A stretch of DNA of 52,924 nt, taken from Thermoanaerobaculaceae bacterium. Lineage in GTDB: Bacteria; Acidobacteriota; Thermoanaerobaculia; Thermoanaerobaculales; Thermoanaerobaculaceae. The DNA lies in assembly GCA_013388425.1 (NCBI GenBank), contig JACADV010000016.1, forward strand, positions 1 to 52,924. The letters are read 5' to 3'. Positions 41,101 through 50,099 of the stretch are shown piece by piece. The translations under genes and the position numbers were made by a program. Below the pieces are notes generated by a model that searched no databases, was not told where the DNA came from, and saw only the letters and a list, made by a program, of their open reading frames with translations. Positions within the stretch are counted from its first letter, which is position 1; the number at the start of each line of letters is the position of its first letter.

Positions 41101-41515
41101 CGTGGAGCTGCGCCTGGGCCTGGATCTACGCTTGCCGGAGTCGTACATTCCCGAGGAGACGCTGCGCCTCACCGTGTACCGGCAGATTGCCGGCGCTGCA
41201 GCGGAGGAGGAACTGGACCGGCTCCTGGCCGAGTTTGCCGACCGCTTTGGACCGGCCCCGCCGCAACTGGCCAACTTGGCCCTGCACCAGCGCCTGCGGC
41301 GTCGGGCGGAACGGGCTGGCATCCTCCGCGTCCGGCGCATTCGAAGCGGCTTCGAGCTGACGGTGGATCCCACCCACCCCCAGGCCCACGCCACGGTGCT
41401 GGCGCTGGTGGCAGCTCGGCCGGGGAGCCTCGTGGCCCCCGAGGGGCGCGTGGTGCTCCCGGTGGAGGGGACGCCTGCCGAGGCTGCCGAGGCGCTCCTG
41501 CGCCTCCTCCCGTAG
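38123..41515 (+). CDS. mfd: Transcription-repair coupling factor
   Basis: UvrB-homology N-terminal modules, the RNAP-interacting domain, and superfamily-2 helicase motifs (LVGDVGYGKTEVA, DEEQRFG, TATPIPRT, QLRGRVGRS). Confidence 0.95.
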   Translation: MAPTGWVPSLHLPPPGKQPTPLETAFELLRSRLAPRPGGRVVAGICPGARALAVAALLGEQPALVVVPTAADAEALVAGLEVLAPHIPTVMLPVELAQGSAARPVGLGATSAAVAALLRWARGEARIVVVPAPLLPHPLPPPSAIAARTARLAVGDTLHLPHFTEHLRATGYRRVEVVEEAGEFALRGHLLDLGCPEAFYRLVLDVDSIEEIRNFDPTTQRSVAATDAITVPPLTLFELDPATRHALATRLEATGFLATAAAVRDGRSQEFWAGLAGWVQDAIRPWELAAHCIVCELEEVRAELHRSLAASGPPRGGADGELLFPAPAEWLAPPADCLAALAGADRVEELVVGEEGEPVRFATSPTPQLASRPQGLVEEVRRGVAEGLAQVLLAASRGEAQRLLHLLAELDPPPTERFPAPGAVGIVSGRLPHGFRFAAAGLVVFGRADLTALPPPARTRRSLARVLSAMRDLKAGDYVVHAHHGIGRFLGVRTLDLDGEQHEVVEIEFAGGTKLFVPLERADVLEKHSGGEGSPPPLDRLGGTSWARTKARVKKAIKEMAQELLQLQAQREVGEGFAFSKDSPWQREFEDAFEYDLTPDQETAVAEVKRAMESRRPMDHLLVGDVGYGKTEVAMRAAFKAVMDGKQVALLAPTTVLAEQHYRTFTRRFAGFPVEIRRLSRVLEREERRETLRRVREGTVDILIGTHRLLGRDVVFRDLGLVIVDEEQRFGVAQKERLKVWKTTVDVLALSATPIPRTLNLGLLGLREVSVIETPPRDRLAVETHVLPFRREVVREAILTELARGGQVYVVHNRVASIAAVAALLREIVPEARLAVAHGQMDAATLERAMDAFIEGRADVLLATSIVENGLDIPNANTLIVNRADRFGLAQLYQLRGRVGRSDRLAFAYLLVPPERSLSLAARQRLAAILEFAELGAGFRIAARDLEIRGAGNLLGAEQHGHLRAVGYETYCRLLEEAVRELRGEAAPPPSPSVELRLGLDLRLPESYIPEETLRLTVYRQIAGAAAEEELDRLLAEFADRFGPAPPQLANLALHQRLRRRAERAGILRVRRIRSGFELTVDPTHPQAHATVLALVAARPGSLVAPEGRVVLPVEGTPAEAAEALLRLLP

Positions 41516-41530
41516 CGGGGTCTTGGCCCC

Positions 41531-44434
41531 TTACGGCGCGGGGGATGCCGGGTCGAGCCCGTGCTGGCGCAGGAGTTCCAGCAACTTGGTCGCCTCCTGG
41601 TTGGTGGGCTCGACGGCCAGGGCTCGCTTGAGGGCAGCAACGGTAGCGGCGTAGTCGCGCTTGAAGAAGTAAGCGCGGGCCAAACCAATGTGCAGCTGCG
41701 CCGTGTTCAGCCCGAGTTGCAAGGCCTTGGTAAAAGCCTGGATCGCCTCGTCCACCCGCCCTTGGACGCCCAGCACCATGCCCAGGTTGTAGTACGCCGA
41801 GGGGTCGTTGGGCGAACGGGCGATGCACTGGCGCAGCGATGCCTCTGCCTCCCGGTTCTTGCCAAGCTCGGCCTGGCAAACCCCCAGGTTGAAGAGCACC
41901 CCCGCGTTGCCGGGATCGTTGGCCAGCACCTTGGCGAGCAGGGGTTCGGCCAGCTCGGCCCAGCCGGCAGCGAGTGCCACCGCCGTGACGGCGTTGAGGG
42001 CATCGAGGGAGTTCCCAGCAGCAGCAAAGGCGGCGCGCAGGGTGTCCTTCGCCTCCTCCTCGCGCCCCTGCTGGCGCAAGACCTCCACCAGCCCTTGCAG
42101 GGCGCCGCCTTCCACCGGGTCGATGGCAAGAGCCCTTCGGAACGCCTCGATCGCCCGCACGGCCTCGTGCTTCCCCTGGTGGAGCCGACCCCAGGCAGCG
42201 TGGTACGCCGCCTCGCCCCCGCGGAACCGCTCTAACCGCTGGAGCACCTCGGCTGCTTCCTCCAGCCGGCCGCACTTGGCCGCCTGCTCCACCATGGCGG
42301 GGAAAGCCGCCGCAGGCATCTGGGGGGAGCGCGTGAGGCCGGTGGCCAAGTAGTGGAACGCCTGCTCGTGGTTCCCCTGCGTGGAGAAGATGCCGGCCAG
42401 GCCCTGGTAGGCGGCAAAATACGTGGGGGCGAGCTCGATGGCCTCCAGGTACTTGGCCTTCGCCTCCTCCAACCGCCCCTCCTTGCGCAGGCTCGCCGCC
42501 AGGTTACCGAGTTGCGTCACCTGCATGCTGCTGCTGGGCGGAGCGGTAGCTGGGGGAGGGGTCTCGGCGGGGCTCGGGGCCTTGGGGCCTGGCCCTGGCC
42601 GCTCGCCCTCGATGACCCCCGGCGAGATGTAGCCCAGGGCCGCCAGTTCCTGCATCCGCTCCCGGTCGGCTGCGGCGGAGCGCTGGATGGCCGCCGGCTT
42701 GACCCGCGGCAGCGCCTCGAAGGAAGCAATCCGGGCGATGGGCCTGTCGCGCAGATCCTGTGGCAACACGGCGGTGAGCACCTTGCCCGGCAGGTCGCGG
42801 GGCACGGGCAGGCCCAACAGGGCGAGGATGGTGGGGGTCACGTCGTACATCGTCACCTCGCCCAGATCGGTCTTCGCCACACCGCCGCCGGACACCACGA
42901 TCATCCCCACCTCGCGGTGCCACTGGGGCGCACCGGTGGTCCAGTCGAAGGGGTCGCTGTCGGGGCGTAGCTCCCCCGTGTAGAAGCCGTGGTCCGAGAG
43001 GATCATCACCGAGTCCTCGGGCCGCAGTTTGGCCAGGAGCTGGCCCAGCAGCTCGTCCATCCACACGTAGTACTCGGGCATGGCCCGACCGAAGCGACGC
43101 ACGTCCTCCTCGGAGACCTTGGGCATGCGGGGGGGCAGGAACTGGGCAAACAGGTGGCCGATGGTGTCCGTCCCCTCGAAGTAGAACAGGGAGAGATCGG
43201 CCGGGTCGGCGAGGAAGTCGAGGGCAATGGCCTGGTAGGTCCGCGTGGCGGCCAGCACCTTGCGCAAATGATTGATCCGGTTTTCCTGGCGGCGATCGGG
43301 GGGGAGCGAATCCCAGGCCTCGTTGAACTCTGCCTGGGAGATGTCGATGAAGCGCCGCGCCTCCTGGTAGGTGATGTCATCGGCGCGAACGATCATCTTT
43401 TCGATGCGGGGCCACAGCTCCGGCGGGTGCACCTTGCCGTCGTTGCTGCTGCCCCCCTCCAGCCCGAAGAGCTGGTAGGCCACGCGCTCGGTCACCATGC
43501 GGCCGAGGATGGGTTCAGCTGGCCAGGTGGCCCACCAGCCGATCACGTCGGTGCGTTTGCCCAGGGCCGAGAGGGCCGTCCACAGCGCGTGGACCTTGCG
43601 GTAGTCGGAACTGATGGGGACGCGCTTGCCGGCCGCATCCACCATCAGGAAGTCGGTGATGCCGTGCTCGGACACGCGCTTGCCGGTGGCAAAGGTCGTC
43701 CAGATCAGTGGCGACAGCAGCGGCGGATCGGGGCGCAGGAAGCCACGCGCCCCGTGCGCGACGAGCCGTGCCAGGTTCGGCATCCGCCCCGCGCGGAGGA
43801 GGGGGTTGATGAGTTGCCAGTCCGCCGCATCCCACCCCACCACGAGCAGGCGGCGGGTGGTCTCTTGGGCGAGCTTCACTGCCTCGCTTCTGGCCAGCGC
43901 TGCCGCCACCGGGTTTTCCTCCTGCGGCACCTGCACGTGGAGCCCCTCCACGCGGGCGCCCGCCGCCTCCAGCTCGTCCCGCACCCGGCGGGCTAACTGC
44001 TCAGCCGCGGCTTCCCCCAGCAGCGCCCCACCCCCCCCTCCCTGGAGGGCGGTTGCGAGGCTGCCCTGGGCAAGAGCGAACACGCCGTCCAGGAAGGGTC
44101 GCCACCCGGCCACGCGGAACCACTGCTGGGCACGGGCTGGATCCAGGGCGAAGCGTCCCTCCAGCTGCAGCCGCAGCACAGCCCCTTCCCGGGTTTGGAC
44201 GGCAACCGGCTGCGCGGCAGCTACCGGTTCCGTGGGCACCCGCAGCGTCGCGCCACCCAGGGGCAACCGCCAGTGCCACCCGGGCAGGAACAGGCGGACA
44301 CCCCCTCCCCGCTGCACCACCACCGCCTCGCCAGGGCCCACGTGGAACACCCCCAGACCCAGCGTGACGGCAAGGAGTGCGCCCACAGCCAGTGCCACCA
44401 CAAGCACGCGTCGAGGACGAACGGTCGTTCCCAT
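41531..44434 (-). CDS. Multidomain protein: N-terminal TM + SPFH/band-7-like segment, type I phosphodiesterase/nucleotide pyrophosphatase (AP superfamily) domain, C-terminal TPR repeat array
   Basis: SPFH-like VVVQRGGGVRLFLPGWHWRLPL. NPP core LLVVGWDAADWQL...RMPNLARL...PLIWTTFATGKRVSEHGITDF...ILSDHG. TPR-like helices at residues ~640-790 and ~830-940. Confidence 0.8.
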   Translation of the reverse strand: MGTTVRPRRVLVVALAVGALLAVTLGLGVFHVGPGEAVVVQRGGGVRLFLPGWHWRLPLGGATLRVPTEPVAAAQPVAVQTREGAVLRLQLEGRFALDPARAQQWFRVAGWRPFLDGVFALAQGSLATALQGGGGGALLGEAAAEQLARRVRDELEAAGARVEGLHVQVPQEENPVAAALARSEAVKLAQETTRRLLVVGWDAADWQLINPLLRAGRMPNLARLVAHGARGFLRPDPPLLSPLIWTTFATGKRVSEHGITDFLMVDAAGKRVPISSDYRKVHALWTALSALGKRTDVIGWWATWPAEPILGRMVTERVAYQLFGLEGGSSNDGKVHPPELWPRIEKMIVRADDITYQEARRFIDISQAEFNEAWDSLPPDRRQENRINHLRKVLAATRTYQAIALDFLADPADLSLFYFEGTDTIGHLFAQFLPPRMPKVSEEDVRRFGRAMPEYYVWMDELLGQLLAKLRPEDSVMILSDHGFYTGELRPDSDPFDWTTGAPQWHREVGMIVVSGGGVAKTDLGEVTMYDVTPTILALLGLPVPRDLPGKVLTAVLPQDLRDRPIARIASFEALPRVKPAAIQRSAAADRERMQELAALGYISPGVIEGERPGPGPKAPSPAETPPPATAPPSSSMQVTQLGNLAASLRKEGRLEEAKAKYLEAIELAPTYFAAYQGLAGIFSTQGNHEQAFHYLATGLTRSPQMPAAAFPAMVEQAAKCGRLEEAAEVLQRLERFRGGEAAYHAAWGRLHQGKHEAVRAIEAFRRALAIDPVEGGALQGLVEVLRQQGREEEAKDTLRAAFAAAGNSLDALNAVTAVALAAGWAELAEPLLAKVLANDPGNAGVLFNLGVCQAELGKNREAEASLRQCIARSPNDPSAYYNLGMVLGVQGRVDEAIQAFTKALQLGLNTAQLHIGLARAYFFKRDYAATVAALKRALAVEPTNQEATKLLELLRQHGLDPASPAP

Positions 44435-44536
44435 GGCACGTCACCATACGGAGAGAGGGCGAACCGGTCAAGTCGCGAGGTGAGGAAAAAAAGAGGGGCT
44501 GCCGTGGGCAGCCCCTCCAGTGCGCGAAGAGGTGAG

Positions 44537-47500
44537 TTAGAAGGTGAGCTTGAGGCCCAGCCAGAAGGCGCGTGGGTCTTGCCACTGCACCGGCTTGCCG
44601 TAGAGCGGATCCTTCGGCATGTCCGCCATGACCTGGTCGGGATCGTAGGGGACCAGGGTGCCAAAGTACCACTCGTTGGAACCGTCGCAGTCTGCGCGAG
44701 CATCGCAGATGTCCGCAAGCCACTTGTAGGTGTAGTATCGCAGTGGCTTTTTCTGATCGAACACGTTGAGGATGTTCAGGAAGACCTGGAAGTCGAAGCC
44801 CGACACCTTGAAGTCCTGAGCAAAGTACAGGTCAGTCTGGTTGATCGCAGGCCCGCGCCCCATGTCGTTGCGCCCGAAGGGGAAGAAGTCCACGCCGTTG
44901 TACTCGCCAATGGTGGTGCGCGGCGCGCCGGAGCGCCAGGAGTAGAAGGCAGTAGCGGTCATGTTCCAGGGGAAACGGTAGCTGCCGGCGAGCTCCACGG
45001 CGTGGGGCCGGTCGGTGTTGAGGGCGCCCTTCACGAGCTGGCCCTGGCTGTCGTAGCCGTACACCAGGCCATCAAAGTAGCGGGCCACGTTCGGATCCAC
45101 CCGCCCTGGCTCGTCGGAGGTAGCCAGCCCTGAGTAGTTGCCCTCGAGCTTGCTGTAGGTGTAGCTGGCCCGCAACCACCAATTGTCGGAGAAGCGCTTG
45201 TCGAAACCCAGCTCCAGAGCCTGGTAATCGCGGTAGGCCTTGGCCTGGGGCGGAATGGGGCCGGAGCCGTCGGGGTCACCGCCCACGATGCCCTTGCCAG
45301 GGTTGCCGGTGATGTACTCCTCGTGGCAAACGTCGCCCTCGCAAACCAGATAGCCAATGTCCTCGATGGTGTTGATAAGCTTCTTGTTCACGTAACGCCC
45401 TGTGAGCGCCATGTCGCTGGCCAGGGCGTACTCGGCGCCCAACTGCCACTCGCGGTTTTCCATGGGCTTGAGGTCCGGATCAATGGCGTCGTGGGGATCG
45501 GTGGGGTAGCGCAGATCCAAACGTACGGGATCGCCCAAGGCGGCGCAGGGGTTGCCCTGGGGGTCGTTGGTGGAAGGCTGGCACTGGCTGATAATTTGCG
45601 GCCAGTTGTAGTCGTTCAACGGGTAGAGGTAAGAGATCCACTTGTCGCCGCCGAAGGAGCCGCGGGGCATCTCCAGCTTGAAGATGTCGTAGTAGACGCC
45701 GTAGCTGCCGTACACCTTGAGCTGCTGGTTCTTAAACACGTCCCAGGAGAAACCGAGGCGCGGGGCCAGCTTGTCCTGGAAGGACCAGTCCACGGCCCAC
45801 TTGCCCAGTTCGGGGTAGCGTGTACCGCCGTAGGTGGGGACTTTCTCCTGCTCGGCGCGAACGCCGTAGTTGATGGTCAGGTTGGAGACGGGCGCCCAGC
45901 TGTCCTGGAGGAAGATCCCCAGGCTTGTGGACTCGGCAGAACCGTCGGTGCGGAAGCGACGCACCTCCAGGGAACCGTAGGTCCCGTTCACGCCCTGACC
46001 AAACCGATCGGCCAGCCCCCAACGAAAGATGTAGAGGTTGCCCACCTCGCCGTAGTCCACGGCGTTCTCGACCTTGGCGTACTGCAGTCCAGCCTTCACC
46101 TGGTGGCTGCCGCCGAGCTCGAAGTACCAGGTACCGTCCACCGACCCACCCGTGCGCGTCCACTTGTCCATGTCGCTGGCCCAGAAGGAATCGATCGGCA
46201 CGCTGGACCACCCGGAGGGGTGCCAGAGTGGGTCATTCTCCCCTCCGGGGAAGGGGTTGTACCCGCCTCGATAGCGCTGGAACAACGCACGGTACGGCGC
46301 ATCGAAACCGGAGTCCTTGCTGTCCGTCTCGTAGCGTCCGGCCCGGGCGCTGAGCACGAAGTTCTGCCCCAGGATGTAGTCCATGTAGAGGGAGTAGGAG
46401 CTCGTGGGCCGCTTGAGGGTCACGTTGAGGTCAGCCTCGGGAGGGGTCGTGCCGTCTTCCGCCGGCAGAGAGTCCTCGGTCTTGCGCGGGCTCCAGTTGT
46501 AGCTGGCGCGGAGCAACAGCTGGGGAGTGAGCTGCGCCTTCAAGTTGAAGACCCCGTACTGGTCGGTCACGGTTTGATCGTACGACGCCGACCCCGGACG
46601 CGGCTCGCTAATGTCCACCCACGGAGTGCGGGTGATGTCCCGCTGGGTGCGGTCGTACCCCACGAAGAACCAGAGCTTGTCCTGCACGATGGGGCCGCCC
46701 AGGGAGAGCGTGGGTTCCCAGCGAGTTTCGTCGTCCTTGCTGTAGGTGGCCCGGCACTCGTTGATGACATTGCCGGCATCGTCGTACTCGCAGAACGCCT
46801 GCCTGGTGGTGGGGCGCTGGCTGCCATCCCAATCGCTGGTGCGGTAGCGCACACCAAAGCTCCCCGAGAAGGCGTTGCCGCCGGTCTTGGTCACAGCGTT
46901 GATCACACCACCCAGGGCACCGCCAAACTCAGCGGCGTAGCCGGCGCTCTTAACCTGCACCTCCTGCACGAAGTCGTAGATGAGGCGCTGGCCGGAAACA
47001 CCGTCCTGGGGGTGAGTGGTCTCGATACCGTCCACAATGAAGCGGTTTTCCGCCGAAGAAGCCCCATCCACGGTAATACCGCCCCCACCAAAGAAGGCGT
47101 CCTCCACCTGGGCGCCCGGGGCCAGGTTGATCACCGAGGTGAAATCCCGCCCCAGGGGGAGCTCGGACAACTGCTCGGCGCTAAACTCCGTCGCCACCGC
47201 CGTCTTCGTCACGTCAATGAGGACCTGGGAAGCGGTGACGGTGACGGCCTCCGCGAAGCCCGCCTTGAGGGTGAAGACTAGCGCCCGGTCCTTACCGAGC
47301 ACCACGTTCACATCGGCAGCTTCCGCGGGCTGGAACCCCGAGAGGGCAACCTTCACCGTGTAGGTGTCCAAGGGCAGACGCGGGAAACGGAAGACGCCCT
47401 TCTCGTCCGTCACCGCCACGAACCGCGTGCCCACTGCCCCCACAGCTTCCACGGTGGCTCCGGGAAGGGGCGCGTTCTGCTCGTCGGTCACGGTGCCAGT

Positions 47501-47584
47501 GATGCCGCCCACCTGTTCCTGCGCATAGACAGCCCCCGCAGCGAGGGCCAGCGCAGCCAGTATCACGAGGAACGTTTTCTTCAT
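44537..47584 (-). CDS. Oar-like TonB-dependent receptor (carboxypeptidase-regulatory-like N-terminal domain + plug + 22-strand barrel)
   Basis: AAGGGAGGT Shine-Dalgarno; signal peptide MKKTFLVILAALALAAGAVYA; CarbopepD_reg-like ITGTVTDEQNAPLPGATV...VFRF..LPLDTYTVKV; C-terminal aromatic (LKLTF). Confidence 0.85.
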   Translation of the reverse strand: MKKTFLVILAALALAAGAVYAQEQVGGITGTVTDEQNAPLPGATVEAVGAVGTRFVAVTDEKGVFRFPRLPLDTYTVKVALSGFQPAEAADVNVVLGKDRALVFTLKAGFAEAVTVTASQVLIDVTKTAVATEFSAEQLSELPLGRDFTSVINLAPGAQVEDAFFGGGGITVDGASSAENRFIVDGIETTHPQDGVSGQRLIYDFVQEVQVKSAGYAAEFGGALGGVINAVTKTGGNAFSGSFGVRYRTSDWDGSQRPTTRQAFCEYDDAGNVINECRATYSKDDETRWEPTLSLGGPIVQDKLWFFVGYDRTQRDITRTPWVDISEPRPGSASYDQTVTDQYGVFNLKAQLTPQLLLRASYNWSPRKTEDSLPAEDGTTPPEADLNVTLKRPTSSYSLYMDYILGQNFVLSARAGRYETDSKDSGFDAPYRALFQRYRGGYNPFPGGENDPLWHPSGWSSVPIDSFWASDMDKWTRTGGSVDGTWYFELGGSHQVKAGLQYAKVENAVDYGEVGNLYIFRWGLADRFGQGVNGTYGSLEVRRFRTDGSAESTSLGIFLQDSWAPVSNLTINYGVRAEQEKVPTYGGTRYPELGKWAVDWSFQDKLAPRLGFSWDVFKNQQLKVYGSYGVYYDIFKLEMPRGSFGGDKWISYLYPLNDYNWPQIISQCQPSTNDPQGNPCAALGDPVRLDLRYPTDPHDAIDPDLKPMENREWQLGAEYALASDMALTGRYVNKKLINTIEDIGYLVCEGDVCHEEYITGNPGKGIVGGDPDGSGPIPPQAKAYRDYQALELGFDKRFSDNWWLRASYTYSKLEGNYSGLATSDEPGRVDPNVARYFDGLVYGYDSQGQLVKGALNTDRPHAVELAGSYRFPWNMTATAFYSWRSGAPRTTIGEYNGVDFFPFGRNDMGRGPAINQTDLYFAQDFKVSGFDFQVFLNILNVFDQKKPLRYYTYKWLADICDARADCDGSNEWYFGTLVPYDPDQVMADMPKDPLYGKPVQWQDPRAFWLGLKLTF

Positions 47585-47886
47585 TCTGCAACCTCCCTTT
47601 CCTTCCATCGATTCACGACATTCACAAAACCACACCGAGCCCTACAAACCTCCTCCTCTCCAGTTTCGCTGTCACACCCTCCTTTCTTCCCTCGACCCTC
47701 GCTCCGCGGCCTGCCGCCCCGGCACTGCCCGGAAAGACCTCCGCTGGGTCGTGGGACCACGGCGACTTCAAGCAAGATGTTTGCCAACCCCGTGACCTCG
47801 CCAAGTCCTCGATTTCACGAATGTTACAGTTCGCGGGGTGCACCCGTTCGTTCGACGAACCGAACAAAAATCCAATAATCCGAACA

Positions 47887-48402
47887 TCACCGCAGCACCA
47901 CCAACAGCTGCCCCCCCTCCACCGTGCCGCCCGGGGACACTGCCACCGTCTCCACTGTGCCCTCCCCCTCGGCACAGATCTGGTTCTCCATCTTCATGGC
48001 TTCCAGCACCACCAGGGGCTGGCCCGGCTGCACTGCCGCGCCCGCGCTCACCAGCACCGCCACCACCTTGCCAGGGATGGGGGCGCGGATCTCCTGCGGC
48101 CCGGCCCCCACCGCTGCTGCCGACGCTACCCCCTGTTCCAGAGGGTCTCGCAGGTGGACGTCGAAATCCCGATCGCCCAGGGACACCCGAAAGCGCGTGG
48201 CAGCGAGCTTCTGACTCGCCACAGCCCAGCTCCGGCCGTCGCTGGCCACGAGCGAGAACATGTCGGGACCGGCGGTCACCAGTTCCACGGTGTGCCGCCG
48301 CCCATCCAGTTCCACTTCGAACTGCTCCCCCACGCGGCGCACCGCCACTTCCAGGCGCTGGCCGCCCCGATCCACCCACCACTTCACGGCCGCCCCCCGC
48401 AC
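47887..48402 (-). CDS. Biotin/lipoyl-attachment-domain protein, the biotin carboxyl carrier protein (BCCP) of the acyl-CoA carboxylase
   Basis: Biotinylation motif VLEAMKMENQI near the C-terminus. GTG 48402 is preferred because the track ORF start (48549) would overlap the biotin carboxylase gene by 77 nt. Confidence 0.7.
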   Translation of the reverse strand: MRGAAVKWWVDRGGQRLEVAVRRVGEQFEVELDGRRHTVELVTAGPDMFSLVASDGRSWAVASQKLAATRFRVSLGDRDFDVHLRDPLEQGVASAAAVGAGPQEIRAPIPGKVVAVLVSAGAAVQPGQPLVVLEAMKMENQICAEGEGTVETVAVSPGGTVEGGQLLVVLR

Positions 48403-48472
48403 GTTCCAGTCCCGGCCCCTTCCCGCCGCCCAGCCGGGGTACCTCCAGGCGAGGGGGAAAGCCACCGCGCGG

Positions 48473-49993
48473 TCATCGGGGGAACCTCCCCTGGGCCAGC
48501 CGCCGCCCGGCTCGCCGCCAGGCCCCGCCCTCGCGCTCGGCCACGACAAAGCCGTCCTCGGGGAGTCGCTCCGCCTCCCGCGCCGCCAGGCAGGCCGCGG
48601 CCACCACCGCCACCTCCTCCACCGCCGGGTCGCTGGCTGCTTCCAGCGCCTCCACCGAACCGCTGGCCAGCAGTTCGTCCAGTAGCCCCGTGTGGAGCTC
48701 GCCGCGCACGAAGGCCGGCACGTCCAGGAGGAGCCGGAAGAGGGGCAGGGTGGTGGCGATCCCCGAGACGCGGTACTCGGACAGGGCTCGCCGCAGCCGT
48801 CGCAGGGCAGCGGGGCGGTCCTCAGCCCAAACCAGGAGCTTGGCGAGCATCGGGTCGTAGTCCAGCGGCACTACCGAACCGGACCGCACGCCGCTGTCCA
48901 CCCGCACGCCTGGGCCGGCCGGCCGCTGCAGGAGCTGCACCGTCCCCGGCGAAGGGGCGAAGCCGCGCAGCGGGTCCTCCGCGTACACCCGGCACTCGAT
49001 GGCGTGCCCCCGCGGGACCAGCTCCTCCTGGCGCAGCGGCACCGGCTCCCCCAGCGCCTCCCGGATCATGAGCTGCACCAGGTCGATGCCGTACACCATC
49101 TCGGTGACGGGGTGCTCCACCTGGAGGCGGGTGTTGACCTCCAGGAAGTAGAACGCCCCCCCCTCCTCGAGCAGGAACTCCACGGTCCCGGCGGAGCGGT
49201 AGCCCGCGGCCTGGGCCACGGCCCGCGCCGCCTCGCCAAGCCGGGCCCGCAGCGCTGCATCCACCGCCACCGACGGCGACTCCTCCAGCACCTTCTGATG
49301 ACGTCGCTGCAGCGAGCACTCCCGCTCGCCGATGGAGACCAGATTGCCGAAGCGATCGCCTAAGACCTGCACCTCCACGTGACGCGGGCGGCGGATCGCC
49401 TTCTCGGCGTAGATGCGGGCGTTGGCAAAGAAGGCGCACCCCTCGGAGGAGGCCCGCGCAAACGCCTCGGCGAGACCCGCTTCGCTCTCCACCAGCCGCA
49501 TCCCCTTACCCCCCCCGCCCCCCACCGCCTTCAGGAGGATCGGGAACCCTACCTGGCGGGCAAAGGCTGCCGCCTCCTCGGGGTTGGCCAGGGGGGGCGT
49601 GCCCGGCACCACGGGAACACCGGCCTGGCTTGCCAAGGTGCGGGCAGCGGTCTTGGAGCCCAAAAGCTCGATGGCCTCGGGCGGCGGCCCGATCCACACC
49701 AGCCCAGCAGCTTCCACCGCCCGGGCAAAACTGGCGTTTTCGGCGAGAAAGCCGTACCCAGGGTGGATGGCCTCGGCCCCCACCCGCCGCGCTGCAGCCA
49801 GGATCGCCTCCTGGTCCAGGTACGACTCGCGGGCGGGGGCCGGCCCGATGCGCACCGCATAGTCGGCGGCCAGGACGTGGGGTTGCGTGCGGTCCACGTC
49901 GGAGTACACGGCCACACTCTCGATGCCCAGCTCCCGGCAGGCGCGGACGATCCGCACGGCAATCTCGCCCCGGTTGGCGATCAAGAGCCTCAC
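48473..49993 (-). CDS. accC: Biotin carboxylase subunit of an acetyl/propionyl-CoA carboxylase, with a ~55-aa C-terminal extension
   Basis: MRLLIANRGEIAVRI..., ATP-grasp GGGGKGMR, EVNTRLQVEHPVTE. Confidence 0.9.
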   Translation of the reverse strand: MRLLIANRGEIAVRIVRACRELGIESVAVYSDVDRTQPHVLAADYAVRIGPAPARESYLDQEAILAAARRVGAEAIHPGYGFLAENASFARAVEAAGLVWIGPPPEAIELLGSKTAARTLASQAGVPVVPGTPPLANPEEAAAFARQVGFPILLKAVGGGGGKGMRLVESEAGLAEAFARASSEGCAFFANARIYAEKAIRRPRHVEVQVLGDRFGNLVSIGERECSLQRRHQKVLEESPSVAVDAALRARLGEAARAVAQAAGYRSAGTVEFLLEEGGAFYFLEVNTRLQVEHPVTEMVYGIDLVQLMIREALGEPVPLRQEELVPRGHAIECRVYAEDPLRGFAPSPGTVQLLQRPAGPGVRVDSGVRSGSVVPLDYDPMLAKLLVWAEDRPAALRRLRRALSEYRVSGIATTLPLFRLLLDVPAFVRGELHTGLLDELLASGSVEALEAASDPAVEEVAVVAAACLAAREAERLPEDGFVVAEREGGAWRRAGRRLAQGRFPR

Positions 49994-50099
49994 CCCTCAC
50001 CCCCTCCCGCACGGGGTGTGCGTTGGCGCGGCGCGAGCCGAGCCCCGCCCCACCAGCGGTGCCCTCTCGAGTCGTTCCTGCGGCTGCCCCTCACCTTGC

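Noticed and set aside
47585-47886. Cobalamin or other riboswitch upstream of the TonB-dependent receptor
   Set aside because: No B12 box (GCCACTG) or other recognisable riboswitch core was found by eye. The question is left open as a finding rather than a feature call.
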